DNA of 64,000 bases from Spirochaetia bacterium. Lineage in GTDB: Bacteria > Spirochaetota > Spirochaetia > UBA9216. Made by a program: the position numbers and the translations under genes. The stretch lies in NCBI GenBank assembly GCA_963675665.1, contig OY776510.1:64001-128000 (forward strand). The letters run 5' to 3'. Positions 1 to 9,241 of this stretch are shown piece by piece (position 1 is the first letter of the stretch; every line of letters begins with the position of its first letter). The notes beneath the pieces are model-generated. The model had not been told where the DNA came from. It saw nothing but the letters and a program-made list of their open reading frames with translations, and did no database searches.

Positions 1-950
1 ACTGCTATCAGCAAAATGGAACCTCTTACAACATACTGGTAGAAAGTAGGGATATTCAGAAGATTCATCGCATCCTGAACAGTCCCCATGATAAGAACAC
101 CTACAATAGCTCCCTGGATAGGCGCAATTCCTCCGTTCAATGAGACCCCGCCGAGAACGCAGGATGATATTACGTTCAGCTCAAATCCCTGCGCCGCGTT
201 AGGCTGACCCGATGTCATTCTTGAAGATAAAATTACCCCTGCAAAACCGGCGACCAGACCCTGAAGGGTAAATATCATTATTTTTACCCGATCAACATTA
301 ATACCGGCAAGCCTGGCAGCCTCAACATTACCGCCAATAGCCAGAGTATTTTTCCCAAATGTCGTATTATTTATCAGAACGGCAAAAACCGCAAAACAGA
401 ATATTGTTATCCAGATAGGAGCGGGAATTCCGATAAAGATATTGTTTCCAAGTCCGAAAAAACCCGGGTTCCCAATACTGATTGCCTGGCCTCCGGAAAC
501 AATATAAGCAAATCCCCTGACTATCTGCATCATCGCAAGCGTAGTTATAAGCGCATTTATATGAAGTTTGGCAATAATAACGCCGTTCAGAGCACCGAAA
601 AGCCCGCCGGCAAGGATTCCGCATAGAATTCCCAGACCGACCGCGCCTGTACTGTTAATTATGACTGCAGCAACTACCCCCGAAAAGGCTACAATCGCAG
701 AGACAGAAAGATCAAAATCTCCGGAAGCCAGACAGAACAGCATTGTGCATGAAACCATCCCAAGCATTGAAACCGATAATGCAAGCGCAATCATGTTCCG
801 CCAGGTAAAAAAGTAGGGCACAAAAATTGACAATAAAATAAATAATACAATATATATAAAAAGCATACTCGAATTCTGCCATAAATTCCTGGCAATATCT
901 TTTACACCCTTCCTCTTCGTGTCCAGGCTGTTTTCTGCAATATTACTCAT
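1..950 (-). CDS. araH: Sugar (L-arabinose-type) ABC transporter permease, 3' end runs off the window
   Basis: ATG at 950-948 overlaps the araG stop (ATGA). Reverse translation gives hydrophobic CUT2 permease motifs (ASGDFDLSV, AIGGNVEAARLAGINV, SSCVLGGVSLNGG). Missing from the ORF track because it is truncated. Confidence 0.85.
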   Translation of the reverse strand, partial: MSNIAENSLDTKRKGVKDIARNLWQNSSMLFIYIVLFILLSIFVPYFFTWRNMIALALSVSMLGMVSCTMLFCLASGDFDLSVSAIVAFSGVVAAVIINSTGAVGLGILCGILAGGLFGALNGVIIAKLHINALITTLAMMQIVRGFAYIVSGGQAISIGNPGFFGLGNNIFIGIPAPIWITIFCFAVFAVLINNTTFGKNTLAIGGNVEAARLAGINVDRVKIMIFTLQGLVAGFAGVILSSRMTSGQPNAAQGFELNVISSCVLGGVSLNGGIAPIQGAIVGVLIMGTVQDAMNLLNIPTFYQYVVRGSILLIA

Positions 951-2470
951 AACTTAACTCCTGTAGAATCTTCTCTCTGTTCAAATTCCGGCAATGCATA
1001 ATGAAGAACCGATTCTTCCGTCGCATCGCTGCGCTGAATCTCCCTGACAATCCGGCCGCTCCTCATTACAAGGATTCTGTCCGCTACACCTATAACCTCC
1101 GGAAGCTCAGATGAAATAAAAATTATCGCGTTACCCTGTTCTGCGAGTGTATACATAAGTTTGTATATCTCGCTTTTGGTACCCACGTCTATTCCCCTTG
1201 TTGGCTCATCAAGAATAATCAGCTCTGTCGGCATTGAAAGATTTCTGGCAATAATAACCTTTTGCTGGTTTCCTCCTGAAAGGTTGCCGACAAGCTGCTC
1301 CATCGAAGGAGTTTTAATAGCAAGTTTATCAATAAAATCCGCGGCATTTTTTCTTTCACGCTTCTTGTCCAGAAACAGCCCGGCTTTAACATATTTCTTT
1401 CTGACGGAAATATTAATATTTTCATTAACATCCCGGACGGGAATTATTCCCTCTGCCTTTCGGTCTTCAGGACATAAGACTATACCTTCGGAAAGGGACA
1501 CTGACGGTGAACTTGTTTCTACAACTCTTCCGTTAAGTTTGAGCTCGCCTGTCTTCTTTTTATTCTGACCGTAGATCAGCCTCATCAATTCCGAACGTCC
1601 TGCGCCGACGAGTCCGAAAAAACCAAGGATCTCACCCTTTCTTACTTCAAAACTAACCGGTTCCGGAATTCCGGGACCTGCTATGTCATTTACCGTAAAA
1701 GCCGGCCCGCCTATTGTTCGTGCCCTGTAAGAAAAAATATCTTCTATCTTTCGCCCTACCATCTGGCTGACTATTTCATCATGTGTAGCTTTTTTAATAT
1801 CATCGTAGGTTATAATTTTCTTCCCGTCACGAAAAATTGTTAACGCGTCACACACTTCAAAAATTTCATTTAGCCGGTGTGACACATAAATAATGACGCA
1901 CCCCTGTTTCTTCAATGCATCAATAATTTTAAATAACCGGGCAGTTTCCTTCTCTGAAAGACTTGATGTGGGTTCATCAAATGCGATTATCCTCGCATTA
2001 TGAAGAAGAGCTTTGCCTATCTCTATCATCTGGCGCTGCGCAATTGGAAGATTCTTCACTTTAGTATTCGGATCAATCTTCTCCATCAGATGATCAAGCT
2101 CTTCCAGGCTGATTTTTTCAAGTTCCTTTTTGTCAATCAGCCCCCTTCTGACAGGTATATGCCCCAGCATAAGGTTTTCCGCCACAGACATATCAGGCAC
2201 AAGATTCAACTCCTGGTAGATTACTGCGGTACCTTCATCTATTGCTTCTTTCGGAGAATTAAACCTGCATTCTTTTCCGTTGACAAACAATGCACCGTCT
2301 GTCTGCGGATGCGCACCGCTTAATATTTTAAGCAATGTTGATTTGCCGGCGCCGTTCTCTCCTACAAGCCCATGAACCGATCCCTCTTTTACTGAAAGTG
2401 ATACATCATTCAGGGCTGTAACTCCAGGGAATTTCTTGGTTATGTTCTTGAATTCCAAATAAGCAGTCAT
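947..2470 (-). CDS. araG: Monosaccharide ABC transporter ATPase with tandem NBDs (AraG/RbsA/MglA type)
   Basis: GENGAGKST Walker A, DEPTSSL, LSGGNQQK signature and DEPTRGIDVG; 507 aa; lies between the binding protein and the permease. Confidence 0.9.
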   Translation of the reverse strand: MTAYLEFKNITKKFPGVTALNDVSLSVKEGSVHGLVGENGAGKSTLLKILSGAHPQTDGALFVNGKECRFNSPKEAIDEGTAVIYQELNLVPDMSVAENLMLGHIPVRRGLIDKKELEKISLEELDHLMEKIDPNTKVKNLPIAQRQMIEIGKALLHNARIIAFDEPTSSLSEKETARLFKIIDALKKQGCVIIYVSHRLNEIFEVCDALTIFRDGKKIITYDDIKKATHDEIVSQMVGRKIEDIFSYRARTIGGPAFTVNDIAGPGIPEPVSFEVRKGEILGFFGLVGAGRSELMRLIYGQNKKKTGELKLNGRVVETSSPSVSLSEGIVLCPEDRKAEGIIPVRDVNENINISVRKKYVKAGLFLDKKRERKNAADFIDKLAIKTPSMEQLVGNLSGGNQQKVIIARNLSMPTELIILDEPTRGIDVGTKSEIYKLMYTLAEQGNAIIFISSELPEVIGVADRILVMRSGRIVREIQRSDATEESVLHYALPEFEQREDSTGVKL

Positions 2471-2484
2471 TTTACTCCCTTATA

Positions 2485-2510
2485 ATAGCCGGGTCGATAA
2501 ACCCGGCTAT
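2485..2510 (-). terminator. Intergenic stem-loop between araF and araG (mRNA stabiliser or partial terminator)
   Basis: Perfect 10-bp stem ATAGCCGGGT-CGATAA-ACCCGGCTAT. Confidence 0.6.
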
Positions 2511-2533
2511 ACGTCTAATCTGTCAGTCTGTAT

Positions 2534-3547
2534 CTACTCGAGACCCATCTCTTTTCTGACCTGCTTGTAGTTGTCTCTGGTCATAAGTACACCTGATGTA
2601 AAAATCGCTTTATCGGGTTCAACACCGTCGGCAATCCATTTATACATATTGACTGAAGTCTCATAACCATGCTGTTTGGCTGCGAGAAGAACAGTTGCAT
2701 GAAAACCTGTCATTTCGGACTTTTCAAGTTCACCGACTGCGAGATCATTACCGTTGATTCCAACTCCGATAATATTGTCAGCCTTGAAACCGTTACCCTC
2801 AAGGGCTCTTACCCCGCCGATTGTCGTATCGTCGCATAATGAATAAACAAGCCAGTTTTCAATTTCAGGATGCGCAGCAACAAGAATATTGGTTGCGTCA
2901 AATCCACCTTCTGTTGTTGAATCGGTAGCAGTTGGAGCCTCAAAAACATTCGCTTTGGAAAATCCCATTTGAACAAGCATCTCAGTAGCTCCGTCCGTTC
3001 TCTCTTTGCTTGTTGGGAGCTCGTCGTATGTGAGACAATCCGCGCCGGTTTTACTCAGATCCCAACCCCTTCTTTTCGCTTCATCCATAAGGGCTTTGCC
3101 AACCTGCTTTCCGATTTCGTAAGCTGAAATACCCATATGATGTACTTCTTCCATAGGTTTGCCATCGGCACCTATAAATCGGTCGTCTACACTCATCAGC
3201 TTCATTTTATTCTGATCAGCTTTCATCTTGATTGAAGGCCCCAGCTTTACATCAGGTGTACATATAATAAATCCCTGTACATTCTGTGCTGCCATATTAT
3301 CTATTGCGGCAAGAACACTTTCACCATCGGGAGTACTTATCTTTATCAGTTCGAAACCGTACTCATCAGCCGCCTGCTGTGCAAACCTCCACTCATCCTG
3401 AAACCATGAACATTCCGCCAGTTTAACGAGGAATCCGATCTTTATCCCTTCGGAACCTTCAGCTTCCTGCTGCCCACCTGCAATAACCGGGCTGAGAACT
3501 GCCAGCAACAGAACCGCCGCGATTAGTAATGCCAGAATTCTTTTCAT
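2534..3547 (-). CDS. araF: L-arabinose-type periplasmic binding protein
   Basis: KIGFLVK..E..WFQDEW, ICTPDVKLGP and SVDDRF motifs match AraF. Likely start is ATG 3547 (MKRILALL, signal peptide, AGGQQE) after the AAAGGAG RBS. Confidence 0.85.
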   Translation of the reverse strand: MKRILALLIAAVLLLAVLSPVIAGGQQEAEGSEGIKIGFLVKLAECSWFQDEWRFAQQAADEYGFELIKISTPDGESVLAAIDNMAAQNVQGFIICTPDVKLGPSIKMKADQNKMKLMSVDDRFIGADGKPMEEVHHMGISAYEIGKQVGKALMDEAKRRGWDLSKTGADCLTYDELPTSKERTDGATEMLVQMGFSKANVFEAPTATDSTTEGGFDATNILVAAHPEIENWLVYSLCDDTTIGGVRALEGNGFKADNIIGVGINGNDLAVGELEKSEMTGFHATVLLAAKQHGYETSVNMYKWIADGVEPDKAIFTSGVLMTRDNYKQVRKEMGLE

Positions 3548-3583
3548 ATTAATCTCCTTTGTATGATTGTTTGTCGTTGATAA

Positions 3584-3600
3584 TGCACTATCCATGCCAA
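3584..3600 (-). promoter_or_regulatory. sigma54 (-24/-12) promoter of araFGH
   Basis: Minus strand TTGGCATGGATAGTGCA, GG-N10-GC spacing, about 37 bp upstream of araF; a sigma54 activator gene is adjacent. Confidence 0.8.
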
Positions 3601-3693
3601 CCCAGAATGATGGGAAACTGAAATATATAAATCCTTTTCATTCAAGAACTTATACTATAACATGCATTATCCTGAAATCTATATTTTTTTGTA

Positions 3694-3744
3694 ACGGGAA
3701 AAACCTCTCCCGCTCGAACTGATTTTACGGGAATATATTTTCCC
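3694..3744. promoter_or_regulatory. Two tandem palindromic enhancer (UAS) candidates
   Basis: ACGGGAA-N7-TCCC at 3694-3711 and 3727-3744, 33 bp apart and about 95-145 bp upstream of the sigma54 promoter. Confidence 0.6.
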
Positions 3745-3803
3745 ATTTCAGATTTTTTAAGAAAAACATTGAGTGATTAATACATCCTTATTATAATCCT
3801 TTT

Positions 3804-5108
3804 ATGTCTTATTCCATTCTTATTGTCGATGACGAGAAGCATATGTGCATATCGCTTTCGAAACTCCTGAATCTTCATGATTTTGAAACATCATATGAAA
3901 CAAATGCAGATGATGCCCTTGCCGTACTGAGAAAAGTTAAATTTGATCTGATAATAACAGATCTTAAAATGCCCGGAATGGACGGAATACGCTTCATCGA
4001 CAGAATAAAATCAATGAAGCTTCCTATTCCGATTATTATGATATCCGGTTACGCTACAGTAGAAAATGTCGTCGAAGCAATGCGCTGCGGTGCAATTAAC
4101 TTTTATTCAAAACCGGTAGACACCAGCATTCTTCTGGCTGAAATAAAAAAAATATTAAATATAAAAAGACTCCCCAGAGACAATATTCAGAACATCGTTA
4201 CTGAAAACAGGAAAATTAATGAACTGTTGATGTTTGCCGGTAAAGCCGCGCCTACGGACGCCCCTGTCATCATCACCGGTGAAAGCGGGACCGGAAAGGA
4301 ACTTTTCGCCTCTTATATTCATAATATGAGCAAAAGGAAAGAAAAACCTTATATCAAAATAAACTGTGCCGCCATACCTGAGAGCCTTCTTGAGAGTGAA
4401 CTTTTCGGACATGTGAAAGGCGCTTTTACAGATGCAAAAGAAAACCGAAAGGGCAAATTTGAAATAGCTGAAGGCGGAACAATCTTTTTTGACGAGATCG
4501 GTGAAATGAGCATGAAAACCCAGGCAAAACTGCTCAGGGTCATTCAGGAAAAAGAATTTGAACAGGTCGGATCCAATGATATAAAACATATGGACATCAG
4601 GTTTATTGCCGCAACAAACCGCAATCTTCAGGAAATGGTTGGACAGGGAGAATTCAGGGAAGACCTGTTCTACCGGTTGAATGTCGTAAGCATAAAAATT
4701 CCGTCCCTCCGCGAGCGCAAGGATGATATCCTTCCTCTTGCAAGACATTTCCTGAACGAAATGAACCTTATATACAACAAGCAGATTACGGAATTTACCG
4801 AAGAGGCCTCATCAGCCTTTCTTAAGCATGACTGGCCCGGCAATATCAGGGAACTTAAAAACACCATTGAACGTGCAGTCATCTTCTGTGAAGAAAACAA
4901 CCTTGGAATTGAATGCCTGCCGGAAGCATACCGCGACAGTATAAACGAAGAAAGCAGTAATCTGAAAAATGTATATGACAAGGTAACACGCGAGGTTATT
5001 CTTGACGCACTGGAAAAATCCAACGGTTCAAAACAGAAGGCTGCAGAGCTTCTGAATATTAACCGCAGAACACTTTATAATAAAATGAAACTGCTGGATT
5101 TGCTGTAG
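3804..5108 (+). CDS. NtrC-family sigma54-dependent response regulator (REC-AAA+-Fis HTH)
   Basis: LIVDDE/ITDLKMP receiver, GESGTGKE, ELFGHVKGAFTDA, FFDEIGE, WPGNIREL and a C-terminal HTH. Confidence 0.92.
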   Translation: MSYSILIVDDEKHMCISLSKLLNLHDFETSYETNADDALAVLRKVKFDLIITDLKMPGMDGIRFIDRIKSMKLPIPIIMISGYATVENVVEAMRCGAINFYSKPVDTSILLAEIKKILNIKRLPRDNIQNIVTENRKINELLMFAGKAAPTDAPVIITGESGTGKELFASYIHNMSKRKEKPYIKINCAAIPESLLESELFGHVKGAFTDAKENRKGKFEIAEGGTIFFDEIGEMSMKTQAKLLRVIQEKEFEQVGSNDIKHMDIRFIAATNRNLQEMVGQGEFREDLFYRLNVVSIKIPSLRERKDDILPLARHFLNEMNLIYNKQITEFTEEASSAFLKHDWPGNIRELKNTIERAVIFCEENNLGIECLPEAYRDSINEESSNLKNVYDKVTREVILDALEKSNGSKQKAAELLNINRRTLYNKMKLLDLL

Positions 5109-5114
5109 GTAAAT

Positions 5115-6923
5115 ATGAGTAAAATACTTGAAGTATCAAATATTAATTATTCATACGGAAATATCGAGGCGCTCTGCAGTTTTGATTTCGAACTGAACAA
5201 AGAGGAAATTCATGCCCTGACAGGCGATCACCGTTCAGGAAAATCAACCTTCGCAAAAATACTTGGGGGCGCCCTGAAAAACCAGAGCGGGCTTATTAGA
5301 CTTTTCGATAAAAACTTTCCGTTTCTTACCCCTAAAACCGCAATTCAGAACAGGATTGGCGTGGTTTACCAAACTCCTGAAACTGTACCGAATATGACGG
5401 TTGTAGAAAATATATTCATAGGCAGGATGCCCCATTTTCTTATAACCGGAAAAGACAAAGAACAGATGTGCAATACCTGCAGAGATCTGTTTGCCTGGTT
5501 GAATATTGATCTTGATATCGATACTCCTTTAAAAAAGCTGTCTTCAGGAGAACTGCAGATTGTAAGTATTGCCAGGGTATTATCTCTCGGGGTTAAGATT
5601 CTTGTACTTGATGAAATATCTCAACTGCTTACCCCGGCTGAAATGCAGGACATCTACAGTATTTGCAGAACAATCAGAAAAAAAGGTATATCAACAATTT
5701 ATATAACATCCAATATTGATGAAACCTTCAGGATAGCGGATCGTGTAACTGTAATCCGGGACGGCTGCAGAACAGGAACAGAAAAGATAAAAACCGTAGA
5801 TCCTTCCAGGCTTGCAAACCTTGTTTATAACATGGCCTATTCTTCAGATAATGACAGAAAAAATAACGAACCTTTCTTCTTTTTTACCAACCATGAAAAG
5901 GCAATTGTTAAAGATTTACCGATAGGAATGATCGTGCTGGATAGTGAAAATAATCCCTTGTTGATAAATACTTCGGCAGAGAATATTCTTAAAAAGAGCG
6001 GAGAAACACGGGAAAGCAATCTTCTTCATGATATCTTTTCAATTATAAATTCGGATGAACTTGAAAATATTATTGAAGCAATAAAAAGCAGACAGGAATA
6101 TTCCAGGGAAAAAACTTTTACAGAAACCAGCAGATTCCTGAGTTTTAAATCAATACCACTTTATGACAACAACAGCAACTTTATAGGTACAAATATCTTT
6201 TTGGAAGATGTTTCTACCGAACACGATACGAAAGAATACCTCCTGCGAGCTGAACGAATTGCATCTACAGCTGAACTTGCGGCAGGCGTTGCCCATGAAA
6301 TCAATAACCCCCTCGGAATAATTCAGAATTATGTAGAAATACTAAGCATGAGCACTGAAGACCGGGAAAGCAGGGAACAACTGCAACAGATAAAAAGAGA
6401 ACTTGCGCGTATAGTTGAAATTGTCGGCAGCCTGCTTTCATTTTCCAGAGTTCAGAAAAACCCGCTTAAAACAATTTCAGTCGACTCGCTTCTGGATGAG
6501 GTGATTCTTCTTCTCGGACATAAGCTAAAAGATAAAAATATAAATCTTATTAAAAACTATGGAAAAGAATCCATAATAATAAAGGGATATGAGAACAGAC
6601 TTAAACAGCTGTTTATGAATCTTATTGTAAACGCAATTGAAGCGGTTCTGAGCGGCGGAAAAATAAAAATTGATATTGATACTTTCCAGGAACATGTCGA
6701 AATAAGTATTTCCGATAACGGTTACGGTATTTCCGAAAAGGTAAATAATGATATTTTCAAACCCTTTTTCAGCACTAAAATGACCAAGATGAATACAGGA
6801 CTCGGATTATCAATCTGTCAGCATATTGTCGAAACACATAAGGGGATAATTACCTTTGAAAGCCGTCCGGGAAACTGGACAAAATTTTCCGTAAGGCTGC
6901 CCCGGTTTCAGTCTAAAAACTAA
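5115..6923 (+). CDS. Soluble histidine kinase: sugar-ABC ATPase-like domain, PAS, HisKA, HATPase
   Basis: The first ~240 aa align with NBD1 of AraG (GDHRSGKST, VVYQ, LSSGELQ, LVLDE, YITSN). These are followed by a PAS domain, the H-box AHEINNPL, N-box NLIVNAIEA, and DNGYGI / GLGLSIC. Confidence 0.88.
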   Translation: MSKILEVSNINYSYGNIEALCSFDFELNKEEIHALTGDHRSGKSTFAKILGGALKNQSGLIRLFDKNFPFLTPKTAIQNRIGVVYQTPETVPNMTVVENIFIGRMPHFLITGKDKEQMCNTCRDLFAWLNIDLDIDTPLKKLSSGELQIVSIARVLSLGVKILVLDEISQLLTPAEMQDIYSICRTIRKKGISTIYITSNIDETFRIADRVTVIRDGCRTGTEKIKTVDPSRLANLVYNMAYSSDNDRKNNEPFFFFTNHEKAIVKDLPIGMIVLDSENNPLLINTSAENILKKSGETRESNLLHDIFSIINSDELENIIEAIKSRQEYSREKTFTETSRFLSFKSIPLYDNNSNFIGTNIFLEDVSTEHDTKEYLLRAERIASTAELAAGVAHEINNPLGIIQNYVEILSMSTEDRESREQLQQIKRELARIVEIVGSLLSFSRVQKNPLKTISVDSLLDEVILLLGHKLKDKNINLIKNYGKESIIIKGYENRLKQLFMNLIVNAIEAVLSGGKIKIDIDTFQEHVEISISDNGYGISEKVNNDIFKPFFSTKMTKMNTGLGLSICQHIVETHKGIITFESRPGNWTKFSVRLPRFQSKN

Positions 6924-7845
6924 AATCGGAAATTTCAATGTCCAGCGCCCATTCCCGTACTTCACAAGGACTTAGAACTGATTCGTTACCCCAGGCACGG
7001 GCAGCCACAGGATCATCCATCGGGGCGCTCGCCGGTTCCAGTGCCAGATTATACTGACTGTCCCAGCCGCCTGAGTTCATCCAGATTCCGAGCCAGGGTA
7101 GTTTATCAGCTGAAACCGACATTTTTATCTCAAACCCCTGCTTTTCACGTCTTAAAACAGACCATCCTGCAGTATTCTTCTGCCTGAAATAATATTTCCT
7201 GTACCCGTCGCAGGTTTTTTCCGGCATATCGGAAAACTCCTTTGTCCAGCCGTATTCCCGCCCGTAGTCCGGTAAATCAACCGAAGGAACTGCATTTATA
7301 ACTGAGGTCAGGTTATCCGGCACTATTATCCGGTCGTCTTTATCAACATTGAAAAGAGGATGAGCAGCATACAGAAAAGGCATCGGAAAAGGCGAAAGAT
7401 TTTCAACCCGGTAAACAGTTTTGATGCTCGAACCTTCCAGCCGAACCCTTTTTGAAAGCCGGTACGGTAACCTGACGCCGAAAACGGAGAATACGACATC
7501 TTCCGTTCTTTTTTCATCGCTCCAGGGAATGGCCCACACCTCTCCGTGATCCGGAAGCTCAACCCCGCGCCATGGAAAATCCGGACAAAGGCATTTATTG
7601 ATTGTTGGAAACATTTCGTCAAACCCGGCCTTTTCACCGTCGGGAAACGGCTGGGCATAGCTAACCGGCGCATGCACTTTCCCGGTGTTCTGCCAAAGAA
7701 GTTCACAGTCTGCAGACTTAAAGAGGATCGAGGCTGTCCTCGCGCCTGCAGCCGGAACTATTTCCACCCTGAGGTCCCTGTTATCTAAAACGACTGATTT
7801 CAGGTTCTTATAATTGTTCTCATATACATTCATTGCTTTTCTCAC
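6913..7845 (-). CDS. Aldose 1-epimerase / galactose mutarotase-like protein
   Basis: GFDEMFPT, LPDHGEVW, YAAHPLF and LALEP motifs typical of the mutarotase-like fold. Confidence 0.7.
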   Translation of the reverse strand: MRKAMNVYENNYKNLKSVVLDNRDLRVEIVPAAGARTASILFKSADCELLWQNTGKVHAPVSYAQPFPDGEKAGFDEMFPTINKCLCPDFPWRGVELPDHGEVWAIPWSDEKRTEDVVFSVFGVRLPYRLSKRVRLEGSSIKTVYRVENLSPFPMPFLYAAHPLFNVDKDDRIIVPDNLTSVINAVPSVDLPDYGREYGWTKEFSDMPEKTCDGYRKYYFRQKNTAGWSVLRREKQGFEIKMSVSADKLPWLGIWMNSGGWDSQYNLALEPASAPMDDPVAARAWGNESVLSPCEVREWALDIEISDFSF

Positions 7846-9110
7846 ACCACGGTATTGTTGAAAGACTTTACTTCATCAAACATTGCTATTACATTTTCAA
7901 CGGGCGTATTTCCCACTATATTATGTATCGTATTGAAAACAAAGCCGCCTCCCGGAGACAGTATTTCAAGTCTTTCCCTCACCTCTGAACGAACTTCTTC
8001 CGGATTACCGAAAGGAAGCGTTTGCTGGGTATCCACCCCGCCGCCCCAGAAGGTCAGTTTGCCGCCGTACTCCTGTTTAAGCATTCTGCCGTCCATTCCG
8101 GCTGCACTTAGCTGGACGGGATTGAAGATATCGAAGCCGGCCTCAACAAACTCGGGCAGAAAATTGACAATTGAACCGCAGCAGTGGAAATGAGAATACC
8201 AGTTTGTATTCTCATGAACCCAGCCGTTAAGAGCAGTATAGTGCTCCTTGTAGAACTCCCTGAAATGTTCCACCGACATAAGCTCTCCCGACTGACTTCC
8301 GAAATCAGTACATGAGATATTTATGGTTGTTATTTTATCCCCAACAGCCTGCTTTATTATTTCAAGATTTTTAAATGCCAGCTCAGTCTGCCAGGAAAAT
8401 AATTCTTTCAGGTAATCCGGGTAAAGATAGTGGGCCATATACCAGTCTTCAAGTTTTCTTATACCCCGGGGATGCTTTTCCCAGGGACCGGGTATAATAG
8501 CGGCGTCACCGAATCCCCCTCCATTGAAATTGAAATGTATTGCACAGTCGGTTTTCTCAAAAAGCTCTGAGCAGCTGTTCTCTATAAACAGTGCGTCCGC
8601 ATCACTAAAAACCCCGTAAAGTTCACTGAAATCACGTACCGGATCCATATCCGACTCGTCTATTGCAGGCGCACGATCAATATTATCGAAAAAAGTCCCG
8701 CCTACCGGCAGCCGTACGCTTGGCGGCACACTGCGATCTCCCTGCGGATAAACCACGCACCCGCCGTCTTCAGTTTCATCATACTGAAAATTACCCGGCA
8801 TATTGACGGGCGTCCCGTCGGGCATTCGCCACGCTCGCCAGCTGTCAAAACGTGTGCCGAACAGAGTTCCCGGACACCATAGCGGTACTGTATCCACCCC
8901 GAGGGCCTTTCTCAAATCTTCATCTATCGTTCCAAGCAGCTGAAAGGGTTCGCATATATCTATCGGTTTATCCTTAAGCCCAAGCTCCCTCCGAAGCTGA
9001 TACAGGACGCTTGCATTTATCCCGCTCTGCCCTGAAGCCCCCAGATCAAGCGGTACCCTGTCCGGCTTTTCATGCCTGAGGGCTTTTTTTATTCGTTCTC
9101 TTGACGTCAT
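7842..9110 (-). CDS. Uroporphyrinogen decarboxylase / cobamide methyltransferase (MtaA/CmuA-like) family protein
   Basis: MTSRERI..AL.HE.PDRVP start, HCCG, FNPVQ, FWGGGVDTQ and GGFVFNTIHNI. Confidence 0.8.
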   Translation of the reverse strand: MTSRERIKKALRHEKPDRVPLDLGASGQSGINASVLYQLRRELGLKDKPIDICEPFQLLGTIDEDLRKALGVDTVPLWCPGTLFGTRFDSWRAWRMPDGTPVNMPGNFQYDETEDGGCVVYPQGDRSVPPSVRLPVGGTFFDNIDRAPAIDESDMDPVRDFSELYGVFSDADALFIENSCSELFEKTDCAIHFNFNGGGFGDAAIIPGPWEKHPRGIRKLEDWYMAHYLYPDYLKELFSWQTELAFKNLEIIKQAVGDKITTINISCTDFGSQSGELMSVEHFREFYKEHYTALNGWVHENTNWYSHFHCCGSIVNFLPEFVEAGFDIFNPVQLSAAGMDGRMLKQEYGGKLTFWGGGVDTQQTLPFGNPEEVRSEVRERLEILSPGGGFVFNTIHNIVGNTPVENVIAMFDEVKSFNNTVV

Positions 9111-9241
9111 AACACCTGCCCCTTTAAAATATTCTCCTGAAGTATTTTATTGCTCATAAGATAACTACATACTAAATCATGATTAAATACAAATGAATGC
9201 ATGATATTGCATAAAAAACTGGATTATATTAATCTGATAAT

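Noticed and set aside
367-816. Short ORFs 367-624(-) and 568-816(+)
   Set aside because: They are alternative frames within the araH permease gene.
9170-9230. AraC binding direct repeats (CATGAT twice, 22 bp apart)
   Set aside because: Too short and AT-rich to support without comparative data.
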